Shown here: positions 50,892-60,062 of the stretch, one piece after another
Layout: every line of letters begins with the position of its first letter
How positions within the stretch are numbered: the first letter of the stretch is position 1
Source of the DNA: Candidatus Bathyarchaeia archaeon
GTDB taxonomy: Archaea; Thermoproteota; Bathyarchaeia; Bathyarchaeales; Bathycorpusculaceae
DNA: 64,000 nt
Direction of reading: 5' to 3'
Assembly: GCA_050015395.1 (NCBI GenBank)
Contig: JBEKBM010000007.1
Coordinates: 1 to 64,000, forward strand
The notes under the pieces: generated by a model
The model's input: only the letters and a program-made list of their open reading frames with translations
Databases searched by the model: none
What the model was told of the DNA's origin: nothing
Program-made: the position numbers and the translations under genes

Positions 50892-52208
50892 TTAATATCC
50901 CTCATTATCGTTATGGTTTATGAAACCCGCGCCTAACCCGCTGGGCGCGTATTGATTCTTAAGCTCCCATGCTGCCAATGCCAATGAGCAAACGCAGTCG
51001 TCATGGCTGCCCTCTGGAGCACTATAAAATATTCTGCCCGTTGACCCGATTTCATAACTGAATGCCTCAAGCTCCGATTGCAAGGCTCTATATTCAACTG
51101 CAAATTCTCGGCGTTGAATTGAGCCTGGAAACCATAAGGCGCCTTCATCTAACATGTGGCTAAGATTCTCTATTATTTCTTGTTTTGATGTGTTGGTGAA
51201 TTTGAAAGGTCGAACTTGAACCCCGGCGTTTACTAAGCCGTCATAAATCGGATCACCGACGCCCGTCGCGTCAACCAATAGAACATAATGGTTGAAGCGG
51301 TCACAGAAACTTTTAACGCGGCCTAGCTGGAAACTCCAATCTATACGGTTGAACCTGTCGAACCCTACCAATTCGCCTTTTTCGTTAAGCGCTATTAGAA
51401 CCGTGTAATCCATAGTTTTCCCAAAGTCGGCGCCTATCCAAACGTAATGCTCTGGGTTAAACTGCTCTATGCCTTCCCTGATTTGCCTTGTGATAAACCT
51501 GAATACTTCGCCTTCGCCTTCCAGAAATTCCCCATAGATTTCTTGTTTGCGTAGAAACTCAGGCATATCCTCCGCGATTGCGTCTATGCTCTGTTTCTCA
51601 AGGAATCCTCCCCGTTCAATCGTGTTTTCGTAGCTGCTAAAGCTGAATGAAGCATACAGCGGGTTAAACGGGTCTAGGCCCTTGCAATACAATTTGTGAA
51701 ACCAGTTTTTGCCTTTAGCTGTGCCGATAAAATCAGCCCAACCGTTAAAATCTATCAGCGACGGCTCCAGCTCTCCGCTCCAACGGGTTTCTTTCAGCTT
51801 CGCGGCTTCGTCTATTACCATCCCGTTTAAACCTGAGCCTCTAAGCGAATCTTCTCTATCCGCTGAATGAAACCAACACTCCGATCCATTAATGAGTTTT
51901 AGGCGTCTTATCATGCCTTGCGTTTCTTGTTTGCCATGCGGAGCGATAAGAGCGGCTGGGGTTAACTCATTGACTTTTCTTGTAACGGGTGCAAGTTCCT
52001 TGTAAAACGGAACTACCCACCAATAGAGACCGTTTGGCTTGTCCTTGTCTGCCATAGCGGTTAGCATTCTGACCCACTCTAAATGAGTTTTGCCAAACCG
52101 TCTGCCGCAATCAATGACCTTAAACCGTTTGTGGCAGTTAAAAACCATGCTTTGTGCAGGATGCAACTTAAGGGAAACTCGGAGGGGAGGCACTAACGTT
52201 TGAGTCAT
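50892..52208 (-). CDS. terL: terminase large subunit
   Basis: Q-motif 'HPAQ', Walker A 'GRRFGKT', Walker B 'MVIDEA', nuclease 'GADFG...DYT', 'VDATGVG', 'HDDCV.SLALA'. Confidence 0.93.
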   Translation of the reverse strand: MTQTLVPPLRVSLKLHPAQSMVFNCHKRFKVIDCGRRFGKTHLEWVRMLTAMADKDKPNGLYWWVVPFYKELAPVTRKVNELTPAALIAPHGKQETQGMIRRLKLINGSECWFHSADREDSLRGSGLNGMVIDEAAKLKETRWSGELEPSLIDFNGWADFIGTAKGKNWFHKLYCKGLDPFNPLYASFSFSSYENTIERGGFLEKQSIDAIAEDMPEFLRKQEIYGEFLEGEGEVFRFITRQIREGIEQFNPEHYVWIGADFGKTMDYTVLIALNEKGELVGFDRFNRIDWSFQLGRVKSFCDRFNHYVLLVDATGVGDPIYDGLVNAGVQVRPFKFTNTSKQEIIENLSHMLDEGALWFPGSIQRREFAVEYRALQSELEAFSYEIGSTGRIFYSAPEGSHDDCVCSLALAAWELKNQYAPSGLGAGFINHNDNEGY

Positions 52209-52690
52209 TAATGAACTTCCAAAACTATGGGTTGCTGTTGCGTCTGGGTGTCGGCTGCTTCTTGCGGTTGCTCTGTTGATGCAATGTTTGCATCTATCGG
52301 TTTAGGCACGGTGTTGTTTTCAACTGACAGAATAATGTTTGGAGGCGTATTGTTAACCATTTCAGCGGGTAAGAAACTGCATAGTTGCTGGGCTGCCTCA
52401 AGTCGAACCCGCATGTAACCGATTTTAGCGTTATCGTTTGTTGCTTGTCTAAGCTGATATGAGGCTTCGCGGATTGTTTGCAGATAGATGTTTGCGATTT
52501 GCTGCCGTAAGATCTCCGCATTCTTTAAGTCAACGAAAACGCCAATCCATTTAGGCATAAGTCGAATGTGATAACGGGTTGTTGCCTCGTTAACTTGGCA
52601 TGATTCTTTCAATATTTGAACAGTCTCGCTTCTGCTAAAGCCTTCTGCATTGAGCTTAAGGATTTTTAAGCGTATTTCGTCGCTGTTCAA
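52208..52690 (-). CDS. probable terminase small subunit
   Basis: N-terminal HTH, helical middle, low-complexity tail; 1-nt overlap with terL start. Confidence 0.6.
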   Translation of the reverse strand: MNSDEIRLKILKLNAEGFSRSETVQILKESCQVNEATTRYHIRLMPKWIGVFVDLKNAEILRQQIANIYLQTIREASYQLRQATNDNAKIGYMRVRLEAAQQLCSFLPAEMVNNTPPNIILSVENNTVPKPIDANIASTEQPQEAADTQTQQQPIVLEVH

Positions 52691-52733
52691 GTTTTGCCTA
52701 CCCCTTTTCGTTAACTTTTCTTATTTTTTCCGT

Positions 52734-52871
52734 CTATACTGTCGGTTGCTCGATGGGGTTGTCTTTTAGTTGGGGTCTCCAATTCGCTTCGATTTGCTTA
52801 ATGTCGTCTCCCACTTGATTGTCAACTCTGCCTAAGATTTCCTTATAGCGGGTTTCGGATGTTTCGCTCAT
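52734..52871 (-). CDS. 45-aa hypothetical protein (not in ORF track)
   Basis: MSETSETRYKEILGRVDNQVGDDIKQIEANWRPQLKDNPIEQPTV*; ATGA overlap with upstream ORF. Confidence 0.45.
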   Translation of the reverse strand: MSETSETRYKEILGRVDNQVGDDIKQIEANWRPQLKDNPIEQPTV

Positions 52872-53050
52872 TGTTTGCTGTCGCCTCCACCGGTTAAGTT
52901 TGAGTAAGAAGAAATTAAATCGTTTAAAGCAGTATCAAGATGCCGGGATGCGCTTTTGCTTTTCTCAATTAAACTTTCAACTTCGCTTAGTTTAGCGGTT
53001 CTGGGCCTAGCTGTGACAGGGTTCTTTTGTTGTGTTGATTGGCTCGGCAT
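52868..53050 (-). CDS. 60-aa hypothetical protein
   Basis: In the tightly packed packaging operon. Confidence 0.5.
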   Translation of the reverse strand: MPSQSTQQKNPVTARPRTAKLSEVESLIEKSKSASRHLDTALNDLISSYSNLTGGGDSKQ

Positions 53051-53052
53051 TC

Positions 53053-54045
53053 TTATGATTCTTCCTTAACTGGTTTTTGCGGTGACTGCAAATTTTTCAC
53101 TTCATTGAAAACTATCGGGTTCATAAGTGACCCCATGCCTTGATTGCCATGTTCGATTATGTCGATTTCCGTGGCTATCTCGAAGTCTTTTTGCGCTTCG
53201 CAGTCTGATTTAGCGAATAAACCGTTGCTTTCTTGTTGGGGTTGCTTGGTGAATGCCCTGTTAAGTTCATTTATGAACTGCGTGTTTGCCTCGATTTCTT
53301 TTTGAGCCGCGGCTAAAACAGCGTTTGCATTTAGCTTTTTTGTGTGTGAAAGTTTCGTTTGTAAATTACCTATTTTTTGGAGCAGGTCGATTTTAGCGGT
53401 AACTTTGGCTTTTTCTTCTGTTTCCTGCAATTTTTGCGCTGTGACAAGTGCGCCTAAAATCTTAATTTGCAGGTATTTTTTTGCTTTCCAATTTGCTAAA
53501 CTGTTGATGTTTTGGCTGGCATTCATAGCTGAAGCAAAACCGCTGGCAATTCTAAATTTTGCATCCTTATAGGCTGGACTTGCCACGATTGAGAGCTCAC
53601 GGCAAACGGGATTATGCACAATTTCGTGCGCTCCCTCGCATAAATGGCTGAGTTTCCCATCTATACGCGAAGGCTGCCCGCAGCCCGAGCAAGTAACATT
53701 TTGAGAATCGACCTGCATGGACACACTATCTAGGTAGCCTTTTTTGATGCGGTCTTTAATCGCGGGGTCGCCTATCTTGCCCTTGAACCAAACTTTATCA
53801 TCGCCTTGCATTCTAGCCTCGGGAATCGTACCCACAATATCTAAAACTTTTTCGCTGTGATCTACTCGGATTTTTGAGTCAAGCAAAGATTGAATTAAAA
53901 ACGGCAGATCCTCTTTTGGAACAGCCCATTTGTTCGCGTTGGTTGTTGAATCAATACAGATGCCTTCTATTATTAAATCGCCGTCGGTTGACGGTTGATC
54001 TGACGCTTTAAAATCAAAGTTGTATTTGAGACTTAGCCCATTCAT
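53053..54045 (-). CDS. HK97-type prohead protease with Zn-ribbon insert and C-terminal coiled-coil (scaffold-like) region
   Basis: 'IRVDH....IVG', 'IKKGYLDSVSM', 'CSGC...HLC', 'RELSIVASPAY..A'. Confidence 0.8.
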   Translation of the reverse strand: MNGLSLKYNFDFKASDQPSTDGDLIIEGICIDSTTNANKWAVPKEDLPFLIQSLLDSKIRVDHSEKVLDIVGTIPEARMQGDDKVWFKGKIGDPAIKDRIKKGYLDSVSMQVDSQNVTCSGCGQPSRIDGKLSHLCEGAHEIVHNPVCRELSIVASPAYKDAKFRIASGFASAMNASQNINSLANWKAKKYLQIKILGALVTAQKLQETEEKAKVTAKIDLLQKIGNLQTKLSHTKKLNANAVLAAAQKEIEANTQFINELNRAFTKQPQQESNGLFAKSDCEAQKDFEIATEIDIIEHGNQGMGSLMNPIVFNEVKNLQSPQKPVKEES

Positions 54046-54416
54046 TCAAAAAAGCCTCCAAGGACATGGTCTATTATGCGCTGTATTGTCTCGGTTGACA
54101 GTTCTGCCTCGGATGTTTTGCCAATGGGTAAAAATGTTTCTATGTGTCCTCTGCCACCATCGGTTAGCGTAGATGAAACCTGAATTTTTACGCCTTTTCC
54201 AGCGCTGTCAATAGCGTTTATGACGTTTCCAGATTGAACCACAAAAAACGGTTCACCGTTAAAGATTCTGATGTTTGGGTTTACTTGGCCTAGCCGATTA
54301 TTCTTTAAGATGTCTGCCCAGCTCTGGATTTTCTCTGCTGGAGATTTCTCTTTCCATTGATGTTGAAGAATATAGAAGGGGTTAACGATTTCAAATTTTG
54401 CTGTTTGGCTACTCAT
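54042..54416 (-). CDS. hypothetical protein
   Basis: ATGA overlap with the protease gene. Confidence 0.6.
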   Translation of the reverse strand: MSSQTAKFEIVNPFYILQHQWKEKSPAEKIQSWADILKNNRLGQVNPNIRIFNGEPFFVVQSGNVINAIDSAGKGVKIQVSSTLTDGGRGHIETFLPIGKTSEAELSTETIQRIIDHVLGGFFE

Positions 54417-54567
54417 TTTTCGCAATCTCCAAAATTTTATCTCTTACGTTTTTGCTGTTTTCCGTTAAAGCGTCAAGCGTTGCCTCAAGAGCGGCTTTTT
54501 CAGCCTTAACTTTTTCACGGTGTTTTTTCTGATCTGAAGCGTTTAACTTTTTGTCTTTGCGTGGCAT
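54409..54567 (-). CDS. 52-aa basic coiled-coil protein (not in ORF track)
   Basis: MPRKDKKLNASDQKKHREKVKAEKAALEATLDALTENSKNVRDKILEIAKNE*; first gene of packaging operon. Confidence 0.55.
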   Translation of the reverse strand: MPRKDKKLNASDQKKHREKVKAEKAALEATLDALTENSKNVRDKILEIAKNE

Positions 54568-54570
54568 AAT

Positions 54571-54624
54571 TATCTTACGTAAGATTTAACTAATAAGTGT
54601 TTATACACACTTAATACAAATAGA
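54571..54624. promoter_or_regulatory. operator/promoter of the packaging operon (mirror of 55309-55357)
   Basis: Palindrome ATCTTACGTAAGAT plus ATAAGTGTTTATACA. Confidence 0.7.
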
Positions 54625-54675
54625 AAACAATTAAAAAAAACATTATAACCTCGTCTAATTTAGACAAGGTTCAAA

Positions 54676-55296
54676 CTAAACATTAGGAGGTATATAGCCG
54701 TCTTTTTTTAAGATTGCTGTTGGAATAAAATGTAAACTGCCTTTTTCAGTTATGCCAAGGTAACCTGGATATGTACGTGTAACTTCTGGAATTGTAAATT
54801 GACAAACAAGATCATGTAAAACCCTATAGGCTTTAAACAAGAGCGAATAATAATCGCTGTTGACTGCCCTGAATTTTTGGTCTATTTCTTCTTCGCTCAT
54901 TTCGTTATTTATCTTGACGTTTAACCATGCGTTTTCGTATGCAATTCTCCATTTTACAAGCTCACTAGGATCAATCTTATCTAATGCCATAACATCTTTT
55001 AAAACTACTATACATTGATTGACGTCTTTAAGGACTAACTCACGAGTTTTTTCTCTGCCTTTAACTGTTAAACTAAACTCTAATTTCCCTTTCTGTTTAT
55101 AGTTTTTATGCCTTTCTTCATGTATCCACATCTGCGCCCCAGGTTTTTGATCGCCGTAATCGTCTAGTATTTTTCGGGTTTTGTTACGACTCCGAATGAC
55201 GCTTGTTAATTCTCGGAAAATCATAAAGTCTTTTTCAAACAAGGCTAACAAGACTTTGTTACGCTGGTTTTCTGAATATTCTTGTTTTTTGGTCAT
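54676..55296 (-). CDS. putative winged-helix regulator of the element
   Basis: 'IFRELT...FSLTVKGRE' wHTH-like; start at ATG 55296 after GAGG. Confidence 0.6.
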   Translation of the reverse strand: MTKKQEYSENQRNKVLLALFEKDFMIFRELTSVIRSRNKTRKILDDYGDQKPGAQMWIHEERHKNYKQKGKLEFSLTVKGREKTRELVLKDVNQCIVVLKDVMALDKIDPSELVKWRIAYENAWLNVKINNEMSEEEIDQKFRAVNSDYYSLLFKAYRVLHDLVCQFTIPEVTRTYPGYLGITEKGSLHFIPTAILKKDGYIPPNV

Positions 55297-55308
55297 AGTT
55301 TTAACCTC

Positions 55309-55357
55309 TCTATTTGTACTAAAGATGTATAAACACTTATAAGTCTTACGTAAGATA
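55309..55357. promoter_or_regulatory. operator/promoter between regulator and replication operon
   Basis: TGTATAAACACTTAT plus palindrome TCTTACGTAAGA; inverted copy of 54571-54624. Confidence 0.7.
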
Positions 55358-55399
55358 GGCAAACATAACAAACGAACCCGAAAGAAGGCTAAAACAACC

Positions 55400-55582
55400 A
55401 TGACCCTACAGAAAAACTACATAAAAATTGTTGGAAGCGAAAACTTCGTTGCGCTCTCCCTGAAAGACATCGAAAAAAGATATGCGGTGCTGTCTAAACC
55501 CATAATTCAGAAAAGCAACACTGACCCCGACGTGTACTTTGTTTTTGTTCACTGTGCAGATAGCCCGTTTGCGGAGATCTAG
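55400..55582 (+). CDS. 60-aa hypothetical protein
   Basis: First ORF of rightward operon. Confidence 0.5.
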   Translation: MTLQKNYIKIVGSENFVALSLKDIEKRYAVLSKPIIQKSNTDPDVYFVFVHCADSPFAEI

Positions 55583-55586
55583 AAGC

Positions 55587-55769
55587 ATGGCACAAACCCA
55601 ACAGCTTTTAGCGAAATATACCCTGCAAAAGCCCAAAAAATGCTCGGATTGCGGGTATTTCCGCGGAGATAATAACCCGTGCGCTGACCTGGGCTATTTC
55701 ACCTATGCAAAAACCCGAGCGTGTAGTCAAGGCGTAACAAGAAAAGCATTGGCAAAGAGGGGTCTTTGA
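55587..55769 (+). CDS. small Cys-rich Zn-finger protein
   Basis: 'CSDCGYF...C...AC'. Confidence 0.55.
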   Translation: MAQTQQLLAKYTLQKPKKCSDCGYFRGDNNPCADLGYFTYAKTRACSQGVTRKALAKRGL

Positions 55770-57982
55770 TGATTCCGATTAAAGACCCGTTCAACCTTGA
55801 CATAGACGTAAACGGTAATACACCGCTGGAAAAGTTAACCGCTGAAAATTACGGTTTACCCTTCAAAAAGAACTTGCTTGACCAACAAAAATTTACCGAT
55901 GCTTTAGCTAAAGGCATATTTGACTTAAGCATTGACCCAAACGTGGAAGATTTCATACTCAAAGAAATACATATTTCAGTCGCATACCAGGATGATCCGA
56001 TAGTTAAAACGATTTTACATGCTGGCGTTTCAGCTTATGCGACACCGTTAAACGTAGCATTGAAAGCGGAATCTGGATCTGGGAAAAGCTACTCCACCAC
56101 TGAAACCATAAACTTTTTGCCACCTGAGGACGTTATGTTTATCGGCTCAGATAGCCCAAAAGTTTTTAGCCATTTAAACGGGATTCGCAAAGTTGTTAAA
56201 GACGGTGTGGAAGTTCTTTTCGACAATATACTTGAGCCAATGAAGCCCGACAAGAACGATTTTGACCTTGTTGAATCTTATAACGTCATGTGCCAAAAAT
56301 ACCGCGAAGATTTGAAAGAGTACCAGCAACTTAAAGAAAATAGCTTCTATGAAGTTGACCTTCGCAATAAGATAATCGTCTATTTGGAAAGCATTAATCC
56401 TGAAACTTTCAAGATGTTAAAGGTTACGATGTCGCATGACGGGCCTAGTATAGATCACCGCTTTGTTGATGATAAGGGAAAAGTGCATGTTACCCGATTA
56501 ATCGGCGCTCCAGTTCTAATTTTCAACAGTTTAGACACTGTTTACACATCTGAGTTTGCCACAAGAACCCTAACGATTTCTCCCGTTGTATCTAAAGAGA
56601 AAATAGAAGCTGCCATGCGAATAAGCAACAGAAAAGCATGTTATCCGTGGCTTTTTGACCCTGAAAGACTAAACGTAAAAATCATCCAAGAATACCTCCG
56701 CAAAGTACGCGACACATTGAAAGCTGGAAAAATCAAAACCATAAATGTGTTTGACGAAGTGCAAAAAGAGTTTAGCGCAAACCAAGCGCGAGACATGCGT
56801 GACTTTAACAAGTTCCTTGAGTTAATGCCTTGCTACGCTATAATTAAACTGTTTCAACATCCAACAATCGTTTTAAAAGGCAAACGGTGTTTAGTGCCAA
56901 CAATTCAAGATTTCTTAGATGCTAAAGCGGTATTTGACAGTATAAGCGAAACCACAAAGACGGGTACAGAAATGCGTATCTTATGCTTTTATTGGGATTG
57001 CGTAGCTCCTTTTACCTCTAACGGCGCCACGGTTGAAACCTTAACCGACCTATACAATAAAGACAAAAAGAAGGCTGTTAGCTCAAGAACGATAAGGGCA
57101 TGGCTGGATCGCCTTGTGGAAATAGAGTTTGTGGATGCTAGAGAAGGCGAACAATTAACCGATAAGGGTTTAATTAATTATCAAAAAAAGACGTTTCACC
57201 CGTTGAAACTTAAAGGAACTAATGCAATTCTGGAAACTGCAAAAGATTTAGTGGCTATATTGGAAAAGGCGTTTGATTTATGGCTTAAAACTTGTGCAGA
57301 GGAGATAGTCACCCACCCAATTTATATTTTAAAGATAGACGGAACAGCGGTTCAAATATCTTTAGAAGAATTTAGCGAAATTGTTAAGGGAAGGGGAGCC
57401 TCTTTAACTTCACAAGTTTTTAAGGCTGAATCAACCACAGAACAGCAAACAGACGTTAAAACTATTGCAAAACCTGAAAGCGCACAAGAAACAGATAAGA
57501 ATGTGCTTTATTATCGAAAGCTCATAGTCGGCGAAAACTTTAGGTGTGACGGGGAAAGCGTTGGGTCTCAATGCTTAGACCCAGCAAAATATGAGATGTT
57601 AAGCACGGCTGACCCGACCCATTACTGCGAAATCCATTTCCAGCGTGTCCTTAAAGATTGCACAGATAACAGTTTCAAGCTAGTGGAAAAGGTCATAGCG
57701 CCGACTAAAACCGTGACGGTTAAGCGGTCTAAGAACGGTCAAAAATGCGATTATTGCGCTACTTTAACGTCAGAGTTTGAGTTAACCGATAATGCAGAAC
57801 CATTTAAGATTTTTGTGTGCGAACTATGCCTAAAAACCAATGTTATCCCAGCGTACAAAGCGAAACCTGATTACAACATTGTTATGGCTAACCTGGACGA
57901 CCCAGACGCAAACGCGAAGGACGGCCTAGGCCCTGAAACTAAAGAGTACAGCGACGACGACCCGCACAGCGGAGAGGCTTGA
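55766..57982 (+). CDS. putative replication ATPase/helicase (P-loop, wHTH, C-terminal Zn fingers)
   Basis: 'AESGSGKS', 'EFATR', 'RDMRD', 'SSRTIRAWLDRLVEIEFV' wHTH, 'HYCEIH', 'CDYC...CELC'. Confidence 0.65.
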   Translation: MMIPIKDPFNLDIDVNGNTPLEKLTAENYGLPFKKNLLDQQKFTDALAKGIFDLSIDPNVEDFILKEIHISVAYQDDPIVKTILHAGVSAYATPLNVALKAESGSGKSYSTTETINFLPPEDVMFIGSDSPKVFSHLNGIRKVVKDGVEVLFDNILEPMKPDKNDFDLVESYNVMCQKYREDLKEYQQLKENSFYEVDLRNKIIVYLESINPETFKMLKVTMSHDGPSIDHRFVDDKGKVHVTRLIGAPVLIFNSLDTVYTSEFATRTLTISPVVSKEKIEAAMRISNRKACYPWLFDPERLNVKIIQEYLRKVRDTLKAGKIKTINVFDEVQKEFSANQARDMRDFNKFLELMPCYAIIKLFQHPTIVLKGKRCLVPTIQDFLDAKAVFDSISETTKTGTEMRILCFYWDCVAPFTSNGATVETLTDLYNKDKKKAVSSRTIRAWLDRLVEIEFVDAREGEQLTDKGLINYQKKTFHPLKLKGTNAILETAKDLVAILEKAFDLWLKTCAEEIVTHPIYILKIDGTAVQISLEEFSEIVKGRGASLTSQVFKAESTTEQQTDVKTIAKPESAQETDKNVLYYRKLIVGENFRCDGESVGSQCLDPAKYEMLSTADPTHYCEIHFQRVLKDCTDNSFKLVEKVIAPTKTVTVKRSKNGQKCDYCATLTSEFELTDNAEPFKIFVCELCLKTNVIPAYKAKPDYNIVMANLDDPDANAKDGLGPETKEYSDDDPHSGEA

Positions 57983-58272
57983 ATATGACAAGAACAAAGA
58001 AACCCAGAATTATTAAGCAACCTAACCCTCCGCGGTGTTTACCGCTTCTTAACCTTGAGATACGGCTAGACAAAAACACGATAATTAAAGCGGACAAGAT
58101 TGAACGGTGCTTAGTAAGTCGGCGTCTTATGGGAAACCGACCCGCTGAAACGGCGCCTATGTTTATGCTGGAAAACGCGGTTATCGTCACGTCCCGCGAA
58201 GGTCAAATAATAGGCGTTGAAACCTTCGCGTCTTATGGTCTCTGGAAAGAACTGATTGCGGAGGCTTCTTAA
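57979..58272 (+). CDS. hypothetical protein
   Basis: Overlaps upstream stop codon. Confidence 0.5.
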   Translation: MNMTRTKKPRIIKQPNPPRCLPLLNLEIRLDKNTIIKADKIERCLVSRRLMGNRPAETAPMFMLENAVIVTSREGQIIGVETFASYGLWKELIAEAS

Positions 58273-58397
58273 TGCCTTGTCAAAAATTGGGTAGATGCGT
58301 TAATAGTAAGCCTAAAAGCGTCACTTGTAACGCGGTTGAAAATAGAAGCGGCTGCATAGACTTCGCGGAAAAAGAAACAGCTAGTTTGGTGTTCTAA
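58272..58397 (+). CDS. 41-aa Cys-rich peptide (not in ORF track)
   Basis: MPCQKLGRC...C...C; TAATG coupling with GGAGG upstream. Confidence 0.45.
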   Translation: MPCQKLGRCVNSKPKSVTCNAVENRSGCIDFAEKETASLVF

Positions 58398-58438
58398 AAT
58401 GGATAAATGCCTTGTTTGCGGGTCATGGAGAGATAAGA

Positions 58439-58633
58439 ATGTCTAAGCAAGTGCAAATTATTAAGCGGTCTGCCTCCGCGGTTTCAACTAAGTTTCTTAC
58501 GGTTGAACTCCGCGGGAAAGTCTGCCGTCGAATAATCTTACCTGCCTCTAAAAATGATATTTGGAATATGCGAAGGTTTCAAGCAATTAACGGGTATTTG
58601 GCAAACTTAGAAGATAAGGGGAGGGATAAGTGA
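58439..58633 (+). CDS. small basic hypothetical protein
   Basis: 64 aa after GGAG. Confidence 0.45.
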   Translation: MSKQVQIIKRSASAVSTKFLTVELRGKVCRRIILPASKNDIWNMRRFQAINGYLANLEDKGRDK

Positions 58634-58761
58634 AAGTGTTAAGTCGTGATTGCGACGGCTGCGAAAACATGTTGAATGATTGCAAACGTCGGTTTCAACG
58701 TGTGGGCCTAGGCGAAAAAGTGTTTTGCCCTGACGGAACCGCTCATTTAATAGACGGTTAA
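58630..58761 (+). CDS. 43-aa Zn-binding peptide (not in ORF track)
   Basis: MKVLSRDCDGC...C...FCPDGTAH; GTGA overlap. Confidence 0.5.
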   Translation: MKVLSRDCDGCENMLNDCKRRFQRVGLGEKVFCPDGTAHLIDG

Positions 58762-58917
58762 TGCGCGGGAAACGTAGTTTCTACAGCTAAAAACTTGCCA
58801 AATACCAGACATTGAAATGCGAAAAGCGTAATGAAATAAACGGTTTTTCCATGAAAAGACTAAGGGTTTTTGAGGTAAAAAAGCCCACTTAAACACTCTT
58901 TTTCTACTATTCATTCA

Positions 58918-60018
58918 TTATTCGCTTTCAGATGCTCTATCCCCGCGAAGTTTGATCGCTCCGTGTGCTACTGCATTCAAAACTTGTCTTATTTCAGCTA
59001 TTTGTTTTTCTGTGTTTGCCGTCATTTCGTCAAGTTGCTGTTTTAATTTGCGGTTTTCTTCTTTCATAAGCTCGGTTTCTTTTGACACCGCAATCAAGGC
59101 TTTAGCTGGAACGGTGCTTTGCAAGGATAAATAATCTTGATAGGCTGCTGGGTATTTCTCGGCTATTTGCTCTTGCAGAGTATTTAGGTAAGTCATATCT
59201 TCTAACGGAATAGCCTTGCCGACGCAAAACTTAACCTGAAACTCATTGAAACCCGCACGGCTAAGATTGCTCATTACCCATGCGCGGATTTTATGAAAGC
59301 GGATTCTGCCCGTGGTTATGATGTGCGCTCTCCTTGCTAACCTCTGAATAATTTTGTTTGCGGCTGACTCGTTGATGTCGAAAATATCTGAAGTTCCATA
59401 GTTTCTTTTCGGGTTCGCTATGCGGTTTCTTTTTGGGTATTTGTCACTTTCGATAAACCATTTAGGGAGCCATTCAAGAACCAACGGGTTAAGAACGCCT
59501 AGCCGCGGCGCGTTTGTCTTTTCGCGTTGACTTAAGAAGTAATAGAATGATTGACCCTCACTTTTTGCCTTCGCTATTAAAGATTCCACATAATCACGTT
59601 TCAAGGCTAAAACGGCGCTGACCTCCCAGCCCAGGCTAGTTGCAAGTGCTAGGAGAGCCTTATCTTTTAAGTCGGCTACGTCAAACATTTTTTGCAAGTC
59701 GCCGTTTGTGAAAACATGGCTGGAAATATCCATTTTATAGCGTAATGTTTTTCCCCTTAAATCAAGTGGCATATCAACGGATCGCAAAAAGGATAAAATA
59801 GCTACGACGTGAGACCCCGCGGTGTTTTTGGATTTATGGATAGGTGCGTTCTGGAATCTTAGAACAAAATTGCGTTTCTCTTGAGGGGTTAAGGCTAGGA
59901 ACTGTTCGACGCTGCCGTTATACCACTTGAAAAAATTTGTTATTCTTATTCGGTATTGACGTTCTGTGTTTGGGGTTCTGCATTCGCTTAACCAGTTTTC
60001 GACTTGCTGATTCAACAT
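58918..60018 (-). CDS. int: tyrosine integrase/recombinase
   Basis: N-terminal 'NT..QY...I..F', 'REKT', 'HKIR', 'VGK', 'TYL'; adjacent to attR. Confidence 0.85.
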   Translation of the reverse strand: MLNQQVENWLSECRTPNTERQYRIRITNFFKWYNGSVEQFLALTPQEKRNFVLRFQNAPIHKSKNTAGSHVVAILSFLRSVDMPLDLRGKTLRYKMDISSHVFTNGDLQKMFDVADLKDKALLALATSLGWEVSAVLALKRDYVESLIAKAKSEGQSFYYFLSQREKTNAPRLGVLNPLVLEWLPKWFIESDKYPKRNRIANPKRNYGTSDIFDINESAANKIIQRLARRAHIITTGRIRFHKIRAWVMSNLSRAGFNEFQVKFCVGKAIPLEDMTYLNTLQEQIAEKYPAAYQDYLSLQSTVPAKALIAVSKETELMKEENRKLKQQLDEMTANTEKQIAEIRQVLNAVAHGAIKLRGDRASESE

Positions 60019-60062
60019 TTAAATCGCCAATAGAATGATATGGCAGATTAGCTTATAAAGTT

